Shown here one piece after another: positions 16,376-24,000 of a stretch of DNA of 24,000 nucleotides. The DNA comes from Acaryochloris sp. CRU_2_0 (GTDB taxonomy: Bacteria > Cyanobacteriota > Cyanobacteriia > Thermosynechococcales > Thermosynechococcaceae). Every line of letters starts with the position of its first letter. The first letter of the stretch is position 1. The DNA is taken from NCBI GenBank assembly GCA_012034865.1, contig JAAUOM010000052.1:5508-29507 (forward strand). The letters run 5' to 3'. The notes below the pieces were generated by a model that was not told where the DNA came from, made no database searches, and was given only the letters and a program-made list of their open reading frames with translations. The position numbers and the translations under genes were made by a program.

Positions 16376-16930
16376 TCAATAATGTGATGGACAATCCTCA
16401 TGGTAAGTCTCTGTGACCCGAATTTCTGAGCTAAACGTGGTGGTGGTAAACCCACCGGACAGTGATACTGTACTGGTACGCAGACGGATGTTCGGATCCG
16501 CAAACCAGAATTGCTCCGTTGAACTCATGACACCATACTCTGTGGTTAATGTGAGGACATCTTCGACACTCATAGAATAGTGACCAATAGCGGGAATCGC
16601 TTCTGCATAGCCGCGATCGCGCAGCAAGCTCCCTTCCCAGGGATGCCCCATATCTTTAACCAAAGCAAAAGAAGTTGAACCTTGATGATTCTCATCCTCT
16701 TGATCCCATTCCATTTCGCCTTTCCAAGAAACATAGGCTCCACCAAGGGCTAAACCAGCGTCAATTCCATGCAATTGACAGGTCTCAATCACCTGCGGGG
16801 CATCAGCAGACAGCACCTGAACGACAATTTCTGATTGCCCTGTTTCAGCTCTCTGGAAAGCCAGGTGATGGGTAGTTCTAATGGCCTTCCACCTGCCCTC
16901 ACTCAATTGAAAAAATTCCATGATATCCAT
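16376..16930 (-). CDS. cpcS: CpcS/CpeS-family phycobiliprotein chromophore lyase
   Basis: 184 aa. Motifs present are MEFFQLSEGRWKAIRTTHHLAFQRAETGQSEI, ENHQGST, LLRDRGYAE, TEYGVMSSTEQFWFADPNIRLRTSTV and GGF. Confidence 0.9.
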   Translation of the reverse strand: MDIMEFFQLSEGRWKAIRTTHHLAFQRAETGQSEIVVQVLSADAPQVIETCQLHGIDAGLALGGAYVSWKGEMEWDQEDENHQGSTSFALVKDMGHPWEGSLLRDRGYAEAIPAIGHYSMSVEDVLTLTTEYGVMSSTEQFWFADPNIRLRTSTVSLSGGFTTTTFSSEIRVTETYHEDCPSHY

Positions 16931-17026
16931 AAGCGTTTAGGAATCCAAGAAAAACTCTCCTGCGCTGTAATTCAGCTTAACAAGGGAACAGTCTGAAAGT
17001 TCAAAAACCTGCCCGCAGATCTGAGG

Positions 17027-18277
17027 TCATCGCACCTCAATGATGCCCATTAAACCAGCTTGGTTGAGTAATTCGAGTTTGGCATCTGCTTCTGCCTGAC
17101 TTTCGTAAGCACCAACTTGTAAAACGGGACTTCCTTGATAGCTAGAGCGAAAGGCATCGGGAACCAAGGTCTTGATTTGGGCTTGCTCCTGAGTATTTGT
17201 GGCCTTAACCACCACTCGATATTTAAGTCTAGAGCGTTCATCTGCGGGAGGAGGAGGGGGATCGCCACTGTTGAGAGCCGCTAGGATATCGGCATGGCCA
17301 TCATCTCGACTGGCAATATAAATATCTGGATCGGGATCAAAGCGCCCCAAAGGGGCATCTTCTGCAGGAACGGGGAGGGGGTTCTCTGGGAGATTGTCTG
17401 TCTCTAGAGCAGGGGCAAAGGGGGTAGGACGACGGTTAAAGAAGGATGAAGGAGGGAGGGGAGGGGTGAAGGGGCGCTTGAGGAAGGTGGGAGAAGCTGG
17501 AGAACGATTTGGAGAAATGGGTGGAGGAACGGGAATTTCGATGGGTTTTGAGAAGGTAGTTGGCAAGAGAGGGGGAGCGGCTGCCAGGGTGATGGATTTT
17601 CTTGACCTGGGTCTGGATGAATTGGAACTTTGATAATGATTGCCTTTAGAGGGGGATGAGGGTGGGGAAATGGTTTCTTGTTCACCAGAGAGGATGGGTA
17701 GATCTGCATCCTGTTCGGAAGAGGGTGGGGGAACGTTGTCAGGCAAGGCGGGTTGCTGAGGATCTGCTAGGGGTTGAGGAGACCGCTGAGAGGGTTCTGG
17801 GACTGGGATTTCAATGGGAGAGGTAATCAACGTTGTCAGTGCATCTCGCTCCTGTCGGTGAGTAGAGGAGGGGGACTGGATGTTCTCAAGGGTTGATGGG
17901 TTGCGCTGCGGAGCCTTCCCAGGTGGAGAGGGTGGTTGCAGATGTTTTGAGGGTTGTTTTTTGAGGGATCGCTGGCTCAGAGAAGAGGTGATGGTGGGTC
18001 GCGGACGAAGGATGGCCAACTGCTGAGGTGAGGCATCGGGTGGAGGGGCAGAACGGATGGGTCGTGTTGGTGTTCTCAAGGATGGGGTACTGGTGATTGG
18101 ATCTGCATTCCTATCCTGGGTGAAGTAAATATGACCTAATGTTTTGCCATCATAGGTGCGTTTGGTGAATCGCCAACCGGGTGCTAGGTCAATTTTGAGA
18201 AACCCAGGTGCAAAGGAGCGGGTCTGGCCAATGATCAGTTTGGGGGCAGACGGATTTTTGAGGGGATATCCCATCAA
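17027..18277 (-). CDS. Proline-rich protein with a C-terminal SPOR-like domain; probably the downstream part of a split DUF3747-family gene
   Basis: 416 aa. The N-terminus (LIIGQTRSFAPGFLKIDLAPGWRFTKRTYDGKTLGHIYFT) looks like the distal part of the DUF3747 domain. A ~280-aa P/S-rich linker follows. The C-terminus (YRVVVKA...LVPDAFRSSYQGSPVLQVGAYESQAEADAKLELLNQAGL) is SPOR-like. It has a TTG start overlapping the upstream ORF's stop. Confidence 0.7.
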   Translation of the reverse strand: MMGYPLKNPSAPKLIIGQTRSFAPGFLKIDLAPGWRFTKRTYDGKTLGHIYFTQDRNADPITSTPSLRTPTRPIRSAPPPDASPQQLAILRPRPTITSSLSQRSLKKQPSKHLQPPSPPGKAPQRNPSTLENIQSPSSTHRQERDALTTLITSPIEIPVPEPSQRSPQPLADPQQPALPDNVPPPSSEQDADLPILSGEQETISPPSSPSKGNHYQSSNSSRPRSRKSITLAAAPPLLPTTFSKPIEIPVPPPISPNRSPASPTFLKRPFTPPLPPSSFFNRRPTPFAPALETDNLPENPLPVPAEDAPLGRFDPDPDIYIASRDDGHADILAALNSGDPPPPPADERSRLKYRVVVKATNTQEQAQIKTLVPDAFRSSYQGSPVLQVGAYESQAEADAKLELLNQAGLMGIIEVR

Positions 18278-18654
18278 ACCAAGTGGTCAGAGTGTTTAAC
18301 AAGGGATAGCCGATAGTCAAGGGCTAAGTCCAGACCTGCTTGCCGAATGGAGTAACCATTGCTATCGGTGCTGCGGCCACAGATGCCAGTGAAATCAAAT
18401 TTGAGCAGAAGCGGGTCAATGACACCAGGTTGATCGGGATGTTCTTTCCAGCAGGTCTGAGTGGATGAAATCTGCTCCAAGATGATCAGGTTGTATTGTT
18501 TGGCCTGAGCAAAGGGAACTGCGATCGCAATCAATTTGCTTTGATCAACTTCCTTTTGACCAAAGGTATACGCCTGAGCCGATATCTGTGGCATGAGGAA
18601 GCTTAAAAGCCAACCTGCGATCGCAACAGTGGTGTAACTCAACTGATGTTTCAT
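18274..18654 (-). CDS. DUF3747-like secreted protein, N-terminal part (signal peptide plus conserved core)
   Basis: The preferred start is ATG 18654 (MKHQLSYTTVAIAGWLLSFLMPQISAQA, a signal peptide). The core contains LIILEQISSTQTCWKE, IDPLLLKFDFTGICGRSTDSNGYSIR and LDYRL. The family name is from memory. Confidence 0.7.
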   Translation of the reverse strand: MKHQLSYTTVAIAGWLLSFLMPQISAQAYTFGQKEVDQSKLIAIAVPFAQAKQYNLIILEQISSTQTCWKEHPDQPGVIDPLLLKFDFTGICGRSTDSNGYSIRQAGLDLALDYRLSLVKHSDHLV

Positions 18655-19215
18655 GGCTACAAAACCGCTCCCCATTCGTGAGTGAATGCTATCGAAAATG
18701 CATGGAACTTTTTCAAAAATACTCATCTGAAATTAATGAGTTGTAAGCAGATTCACGGCAAAAAGGCAATCGCCAAACAACTCTAGGAAAAACAACTGGT
18801 GGTGTGAAATTCTATCCTATATTTAGTTTCAATCAGAATTTGCAATAAAAATTAACATTATGATGAATTGCTAAATTCAGTTAAGAAAAAGTAAAATAGC
18901 TAATAATAGGGAAGACTGATAGAGGTTTAGATCACAAATCTGATTATTACAGACTAAATAGTAGACATTTTGAAGTTCAAAGTTGGTTCCCAGTTTAGGA
19001 TAAAATTTTTGCTATTCTGTATCAACATAGATAGGTGTAGCAATTACGTTACATCTGAACACTTACCCAGGATTAAATAGAGCTAACCTCTAATATGAAA
19101 GTCATCTCTAGAAGATAGGTTTATCTACCTTAGTTGTTGTCTTGCTCTAGTGCTTATACGGCTATAAGTTGAATGGTTCCTTTTAGCCTCATCTAGTGAT
19201 GATCCCCTGATTTTT

Positions 19216-19683
19216 ATGGCCAAAACTACCCTTTCCTACCTATTTGCTGGTGGCTACCTACTCGGACTGTTGGTTGCCTATACCGCTGTGGGTTGGATTC
19301 TGGCTGCCTATGCTACCCCAGCCCTGATGTGGATGTGGACCTTGGCCTTGATGGTCTACGTGGCGTGGGCAGGTGCAGGTGCGATCGCAGCCTCCATGTT
19401 GTGGGTTGTTTCCGTCGTCTGGATTGCAGCCTATACCTCAGCAACACCTCTGCACGTAAACTGGCAAGGCTCGACTTGGGCCATCTCATTACTAGGCGTG
19501 TGGCTATTTGCGATCAGCGTGGTATTGATGTTGGCCTTCGCACACCCAGCCCTGCAATCCCTACGGTGGTCCCGGAAATCGACCTTTTATCGGGTGGTGA
19601 TCACAACAGGGATTGGATTAATCCTGGGTCGCTGCCTTTACTGGAGCGTGCTCCCTGGCAGCAGTCTATCGACATCGGTCTAA
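19216..19683 (+). CDS. Hypothetical polytopic membrane protein
   Basis: 155 aa with 4-5 hydrophobic W/A/L/V-rich segments. The region is GC-rich. I recognised no family. Confidence 0.6.
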   Translation: MAKTTLSYLFAGGYLLGLLVAYTAVGWILAAYATPALMWMWTLALMVYVAWAGAGAIAASMLWVVSVVWIAAYTSATPLHVNWQGSTWAISLLGVWLFAISVVLMLAFAHPALQSLRWSRKSTFYRVVITTGIGLILGRCLYWSVLPGSSLSTSV

Positions 19684-19710
19684 ACCAATGAAAATAGGAG
19701 ACTCAAAGCC

Positions 19711-20277
19711 TTGCCAAAGCCATCATCCCCAGATAGAAACGATCCAAACAACAACGAGACATCTACTGCCAACAGGTCAGTCTTCCAGTCTGATGTGGAA
19801 GGCACTCAGACACCGCCAACCGATTACCTTGATGCTTTAGATAACTCTGTTTTAGCGAGTCTCAATTCATCCCAAAAATTGGCCTTGCAGACCCTGATTG
19901 ATCAAACCATTCAAAAGCATAAAAATCAAGATCTATCAGAAGCAAAAACTAATCAGAATTTGAGAATAAATACTCAAGATCCTCTTACTCAAGAAAAACG
20001 TTCAAAACTTATTGATATTCGATTTGTAATTGATTTGATTTTTTCGCGATTCTATGTAGTTCTATTGGTGGGTAAAGATGTACGAAAAGATCAAAGAAGC
20101 TATCCCGTCACAGGGATAACTAAGATCGGCAATATTATTGCTGCTACTTTTTTGATTATTGCCATCAATCTTTTGATATCTGCCTTCTTATTGCTAGGAC
20201 TATATCTTTTAAAATCAGCGCTTAGTATTGATCTATTGCCGGGACATTTTTCCGATCAGGTAGAAGATCTAGATTAA
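19711..20277 (+). CDS. Hypothetical protein with a disordered N-terminus and C-terminal transmembrane segments
   Basis: 188 aa with a TTG start, preceded by AGGAG at 19695-19699. The N-terminal 100 aa is polar and low-complexity. The C-terminus contains KLIDIRFVIDLIFSRFYVVLLVGKD and IGNIIAATFLIIAINLLISAFLLLGLYLL. It lies 27 nt after the preceding gene. Confidence 0.55.
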   Translation: MPKPSSPDRNDPNNNETSTANRSVFQSDVEGTQTPPTDYLDALDNSVLASLNSSQKLALQTLIDQTIQKHKNQDLSEAKTNQNLRINTQDPLTQEKRSKLIDIRFVIDLIFSRFYVVLLVGKDVRKDQRSYPVTGITKIGNIIAATFLIIAINLLISAFLLLGLYLLKSALSIDLLPGHFSDQVEDLD

Positions 20278-20282
20278 TTATA

Positions 20283-20319
20283 ATTAGCTCTCATAAACTA
20301 TAAAACTTCTAGAGCTAAT
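20283..20319 (+). terminator. Stem-loop after the membrane-protein pair (weak terminator candidate)
   Basis: ATTAGCTCT (20283-20291) pairs with AGAGCTAAT (20311-20319), with a 19-nt loop. The stem is AT-rich and no T-run follows directly. Confidence 0.3.
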
Positions 20320-20362
20320 CCCTACACTTGATAAAATAAAACTAGTTAGTTTTTGGTCTTTC

Positions 20363-21412
20363 TTGTTTATGGTGAACACAACTTCAACCCTGTATCGAAT
20401 CCTAGATGCCAATCTTGATCGGGCGCGTGAAGGGGTACGGGTCATTGAAGAATGGTGTCGCTTCGGCTTAGAAAATCAGCAATTGACTTTGATCTGCAAA
20501 CAGCTCCGTCAAGAATTAGCCACCTGGCATCATCCCTGTTTACGGACAGCTCGGAATACCCCAGCGGATCCGGGAACCCAATTAACCCACCCCCAAGAAG
20601 AAACTCGGACTGATCTACCCAGGGTGATCCAAGCGAATCTCTGTCGAGTCCAAGAAGCCTTGCGTGTTTTGGAAGAATATGGAAAACTCTACGATCCAGC
20701 CATGGCCTTAGCTTGTAAACAGATGCGCTATCAGGTTTATACCCTAGAGAGTCACTTACAACCCCATGATCGTTGGCAACAGTTGGTGAATGCCCCTCTG
20801 TATTTGGTCACCTCTGCCAGCGATCGCCTCGTGTCTGTGGTTGAATCGGCGCTGCAAGGTGGGTTGCGCTTAGTGCAATATCGAGAGAAACAAGCCGATG
20901 ATCAGGTGCGATTCGCCGTGGCTCAAGAACTCTGCCAGCTTTGTCATCGATATGATGCCCTCTTTATTGTCAATGATCGGATTGATATTGCCGTTGCTGT
21001 AGATGCAGATGGAGTACATCTGGGACAACAGGATATGCCGATGGCGATCGCCCGCCAATTGCTGGGGTCGGGAAAACTCGTGGGGCGCTCAACCACCAAT
21101 CCCCAAGAGATGGCGCGGGCCATACAAGAGCAAGCGGACTACATTGGCGTCGGCCCTATCTATGAAACACCCACAAAAGTGGGTAAAGCGGCGGTGGGTC
21201 ATGAGTATATTCGCTATGCCCAAGACCATGCTCCCATGCCCTGGTATGCCATTGGTGGCATTGATACAGGGAATTTAGCATCTGTCATTGCCGCAGGAGC
21301 AAGACGAGTAGCAGTGGTACGAGCCATTATGGAGGCTGATGCGCCTGCAAGGGTAGTCCAGCAGATGCTGCAACAGTTACAGGAAGATCAGGTGCAGGGA
21401 GCAGCAGACTGA
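20363..21412 (+). CDS. thiE: Thiamine-phosphate synthase ThiE with the cyanobacterial-type N-terminal extension
   Basis: 349 aa. The C-terminal ThiE domain contains LVQYREK, FIVNDRIDIAVAVDADGVHLGQQD, IGVGPIYETPTK and YAIGGI. The N-terminus reads LYRILDANLDRAREGVRVIEEW. The start may be ATG 20369 rather than TTG 20363. Confidence 0.9.
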   Translation: MFMVNTTSTLYRILDANLDRAREGVRVIEEWCRFGLENQQLTLICKQLRQELATWHHPCLRTARNTPADPGTQLTHPQEETRTDLPRVIQANLCRVQEALRVLEEYGKLYDPAMALACKQMRYQVYTLESHLQPHDRWQQLVNAPLYLVTSASDRLVSVVESALQGGLRLVQYREKQADDQVRFAVAQELCQLCHRYDALFIVNDRIDIAVAVDADGVHLGQQDMPMAIARQLLGSGKLVGRSTTNPQEMARAIQEQADYIGVGPIYETPTKVGKAAVGHEYIRYAQDHAPMPWYAIGGIDTGNLASVIAAGARRVAVVRAIMEADAPARVVQQMLQQLQEDQVQGAAD

Positions 21413-21597
21413 TGTACTGAATTTGCGGATTAATTTGGTATTGCATAATTAGAGAATGACGTAGAGTCAAGGGAAGCCCTTATAAACTGTAGATTCCCAC
21501 ATTCACTTAAATCATTCTTTACTGTGCAATGCCTGATTTGGAGTCCCTTGGTATCCTTAAGGTAAGGTTTCTTTGCCCGCCACTTCAGGATCCTGCC

Positions 21598-22791
21598 ATG
21601 ACTGACAGCCAATCAACTATTTGCATTTTAGGGGGAGGATTTGGTGGCCTATATACAGCCCTGCGGTTAAGCCAATTGCCCTGGGATGATCGGCGACCTT
21701 TGATTTATCTGGTTGATCGAAACGATCGCTTTTTGTTTTCGCCGCTGCTCTATGAACTGGTAACGGGGGAGCTACAGGCTTGGGAAATTGCCCCCCCTTA
21801 TCAGGAGCTGCTCACGAATACAGGTGTACGTTTTATTCAGAGTGCGGTTCACAAGATTGATCTCCAGGAACAGCAGGTCACTCTCTCTAATCAATCCCTC
21901 CACTATGATCGTCTGGTATTGGCCCTAGGGGGAGAAACCCCTCGACAACAAGTGCCCGGTTCAGCAGACTATGCCCTGCCGTTTCGGACGGTTCAAGATG
22001 CTTATCAACTCGAAGAGCGACTGCGAATCTTGGAGGCATCTACCGCATCCAAAATACGGGTTGCTGTGGTGGGTGCTGGTCCTAGTGGGGTGGAGCTGGC
22101 CTGTAAATTAGCCGATCGCTTGGGAGATCGCGCTCGCATCCGGTTAATTGAGCGCAATGCTCAAATTCTCAAATTAGCCCCAGCCTTCAATCAAACGGCG
22201 GCGGCAAAGGCATTAGAAAAACGGCAAGTCTGGATTAACTTAGACACCCAAATTCTCTCTCTAGAACCCCAGCAGATCACCTTAAGCTATAAGGATCAAG
22301 GTGATACGCTTCCCGTTGATTTAGTGCTGTGGACCGTGGGAACTGCGATCGCCCAACCCATTCGTGATCTCCCCCTGCCTCATAATGAGCTGGGTCAACT
22401 CCTTACTGAACCAACCTTGCAAGTCCAGAGCGCCCCCGATCTCTTTGCCCTGGGGGATTTGGCCGATTGTCACGATCAACAGGGTCAACCGATTCCCAAA
22501 ACGGCGCAAGCTGCCATTCAGCAAGCCGATTGTGTGGGTTGGAACCTTTGGGCCTCCCTCACCCAGCGCCCCTTACTGGCGTTTCACTACCTCCATTTGG
22601 GTGAAATGTTAACCCTAGGAGAAGATACAGCCACCCTCTCTGGTTTAGGTTTGCAATTAGACGGCCCCTTAGCCTTTCTGGCCCGCCGCTTAATTTATCT
22701 CTATCGGATGCCGACCTTAGACCATCAACTCAAAGTGGGACTCAACTGGATGTTCAAACCCTTAGTCTCTGCCCTATCTGCCCCCAAGTAG
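21598..22791 (+). CDS. Type II NADH dehydrogenase (NDH-2) / FAD-dependent pyridine nucleotide-disulfide oxidoreductase
   Basis: It has two Rossmann motifs, ICILGGGFGGLYTA and VAVVGAGPSGVELA, and then ALGDLA. The track ORF starts at 21529, but ATG 21598 (MTDSQSTICILGGG) fits the family's N-terminus better. Confidence 0.85.
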   Translation: MTDSQSTICILGGGFGGLYTALRLSQLPWDDRRPLIYLVDRNDRFLFSPLLYELVTGELQAWEIAPPYQELLTNTGVRFIQSAVHKIDLQEQQVTLSNQSLHYDRLVLALGGETPRQQVPGSADYALPFRTVQDAYQLEERLRILEASTASKIRVAVVGAGPSGVELACKLADRLGDRARIRLIERNAQILKLAPAFNQTAAAKALEKRQVWINLDTQILSLEPQQITLSYKDQGDTLPVDLVLWTVGTAIAQPIRDLPLPHNELGQLLTEPTLQVQSAPDLFALGDLADCHDQQGQPIPKTAQAAIQQADCVGWNLWASLTQRPLLAFHYLHLGEMLTLGEDTATLSGLGLQLDGPLAFLARRLIYLYRMPTLDHQLKVGLNWMFKPLVSALSAPK

Positions 22792-22977
22792 GGACGAATT
22801 CACTCATTCTCAGAGGATCAGGAACTAACTCAGGATCATTATGAGTTTGCGGTATAGTATTTTGGGTGTAATGGGTTCTCAGCCAGATCAGGTTCAAGTT
22901 TTCTAAACAGTTGGTGAATCTATACAACCCCTGTGCCCCGCACCCGCAAAATTGATATCTCAAGGAGCAATTAGGTT

Positions 22978-23586
22978 ATGTCGCAACACGAAGCTCAGGA
23001 ATGCTTACGCGTCGGGCAGACAGCACCGGACTTTACAGCCACAGCCGTATTTGATCAAGAATTTATCGAGGTCAAACTATCGAACTATCGGGGTAAGTAC
23101 GTGGTGATCTTCTTTTACCCCCTCGATTTCACCTTCGTGTGCCCGACGGAAATTATCGCTTTTAGCGATCGCTATGATGCCTTTAAAAGCTTAAATACCG
23201 AAATTTTAGGGATTTCCGTTGACAGCCAATTTTCTCACTTAGCTTGGACCCAAACCGACCGCAAGTCTGGGGGGGTAGGCGACCTCAATTACCCATTGGT
23301 TGCCGATCTTAAAAAAGAAATCAGCACTGCTTACAACGTCCTTGATCCTGACGCTGGTATTGCCCTGCGCGGGTTATTCATTATTGATAAAGAGGGCGTG
23401 ATTCAACATGCCACCATTAATAATCTAGCCTTTGGCCGCAATGTAGATGAAACATTGCGGACACTGCAAGCCATTCAGTATGTTCAGTCTCATCCTGATG
23501 AAGTTTGCCCTGCGGGTTGGCAACCAGGAGACAAAACCATGAATCCCGATCCAGTAAAATCTAAGGCTTACTTTGAGTCGGTCTAA
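22978..23586 (+). CDS. Typical 2-Cys peroxiredoxin (AhpC/Prx1 subfamily)
   Basis: 202 aa. The peroxidatic Cys context is [15 protein letters not shown] and the resolving Cys context is [17 protein letters not shown] is also present. Confidence 0.95.
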   Translation: MSQHEAQECLRVGQTAPDFTATAVFDQEFIEVKLSNYRGKYVVIFFYPLDFTFVCPTEIIAFSDRYDAFKSLNTEILGISVDSQFSHLAWTQTDRKSGGVGDLNYPLVADLKKEISTAYNVLDPDAGIALRGLFIIDKEGVIQHATINNLAFGRNVDETLRTLQAIQYVQSHPDEVCPAGWQPGDKTMNPDPVKSKAYFESV

Positions 23587-23784
23587 GAACCCCAGCTAGA
23601 GCCTCTCACCTCCTCCCTCAGCCCTAACCTTCAGATTGGCGAGAACTACGGTTTGTTGATCTGTATGTTAGGGGTGTATTTAATTAATGCTGACGTCAAG
23701 TTGGCCTAACGGCTTGGTTTTCAGCGGTGGTACAAATTTTCGAATCAGCACCAGAGTGTTGAGGCCATCCGTTGCGAAACCTGG

Positions 23785-24000
23785 TTAGGCAACGGATAAA
23801 CGTTTGACTTCTATGTCGCCGACTGCCTGCTCTGCCTGCCACAGATCATAGTGCATTTGCTGATTGAGCCAACTTTCAGGAGATGTATCAAAAGCTTTCC
23901 CCAAGCGAATTGCCATTTCAGGGCTAATACCTGCCCTACAGTTTAAGATAGCAGATAGGGTTTTGCGACTTACACCCAGTGCCTCAGCAGCTTCAGTCAC
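23785..24000 (-). CDS. higA: HigA-family antitoxin (XRE-type HTH); the 5' end is probably cut by the window edge
   Basis: The sequence [51 protein letters not shown] matches the HigA HTH core. Family members normally have about 25 more N-terminal residues, so the GTG at 24000 is probably not the true start. Confidence 0.75.
   Translation of the reverse strand: MTEAAEALGVSRKTLSAILNCRAGISPEMAIRLGKAFDTSPESWLNQQMHYDLWQAEQAVGDIEVKRLSVA

Noticed and set aside
16192-16503. ORFs 16192..16503(-) and 16196..16387(+) in the cupin-cpcS convergent gap.
   Set aside because: Both overlap the ends of better-supported genes out of frame. The plus-strand ORF has one hydrophobic stretch but relies on a TTG or internal ATG inside the cupin gene, so the evidence is insufficient.
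17050-17709. ORFs 17050..17268(-), 17394..17633(+) and 17404..17709(-) within the proline-rich gene.
   Set aside because: The CCN/GGN-rich low-complexity DNA keeps several frames open. Only the 416-aa frame connects the DUF3747-like block to the SPOR-like C-terminus.
19293-19691. 132-aa alternative-frame ORF overlapping the 155-aa membrane protein.
   Set aside because: Its translation is Arg/Cys/Gly-rich with no hydrophobic periodicity. The 19216..19683 frame gives coherent transmembrane helices.
19688-19840. ATG 19688 ORF (MKIGDSKPCQSHH..., 50 aa) as an alternative start or frameshifted N-terminus for the 19711 gene.
   Set aside because: The TTG 19711 start has a good AGGAG at suitable spacing. 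The ATG frame has no ribosome-binding site and an implausible sequence, so there is no need to invoke a fourth frameshift.
20278-20362. Possible TPP riboswitch upstream of thiE.
   Set aside because: The leader is only about 85 nt. It lacks the conserved CUGAGA and ACCUGAUCUGGAUAAUGCCAGCG-like elements and contains only an AT-rich hairpin.
21430-22963. ORFs 21430..21612(-), 22321..22524(-), 22364..22612(+) and 22754..22963(-).
   Set aside because: They are antisense or off-frame to the NDH-2 gene or lie in its flanks. They have no motifs and an implausible composition.
23730-23760. TTCGAATC-containing segment that superficially resembles a tRNA T-arm.
   Set aside because: No acceptor, D or anticodon stems can be drawn around it, and only a 4-bp GGTG/CACC pairing is present.
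1-24000. A multi-gene novel defence or biosynthetic system, a CRISPR array, or a mobile element with transposase.
   Set aside because: I saw no array of spaced direct repeats, no integrase or transposase beyond the Rpn-like paralogue, and no cluster of three or more adjacent unknown genes. Most genes are conserved cyanobacterial housekeeping functions, so claiming a new system would go beyond the evidence.

Overview
This window is a cyanobacterial chromosomal segment. The evidence is about 19 hand-counted copies of the HIP1 palindrome GCGATCGC, plus ycf54, a CpcS/CpeS-type bilin lyase, a group-2 sigma-70 factor and a 2-Cys peroxiredoxin. I support about 23 protein-coding features, mostly housekeeping: M1 aminopeptidase, rluD, PHP phosphoesterase, TPM-domain protein, sigma factor, sfsA, queE, queC, comF, a PEP-utilising enzyme, ycf54, cpcS, thiE, NDH-2 and peroxiredoxin. 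I saw no rRNA, tRNA, CRISPR array or recognisable transposon. I do not see a convincing multi-gene novel system, and most of the window is ordinary core genome. There are five leads worth a second look. (1) A small AT-rich islet between pepN and rluD carries an intact YoeB-type toxin with no intact antitoxin, and a lipoprotein whose signal peptide is out of frame with its mature domain across an A6 run. (2) An Rpn/YhgA-like nuclease gene with a DUF4351-type C-terminus has internal in-frame ATGs that could give a nested C-terminal small protein, and a 15-bp perfect inverted repeat brackets its start. (3) A composite repeat and hairpin element lies in the ycf54-cupin spacer. (4) A 50-codon membrane ORF is missing from the ORF track. 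(5) A two-gene membrane-protein pair shows a sharp GC step. Three genes (lipoprotein, cupin, DUF3747/SPOR) are interrupted at A/T homopolymers. This could be real decay or phase variation, but homopolymer sequencing error must be excluded first. All calls come from reading the sequence and recalling family motifs; no searches were run.
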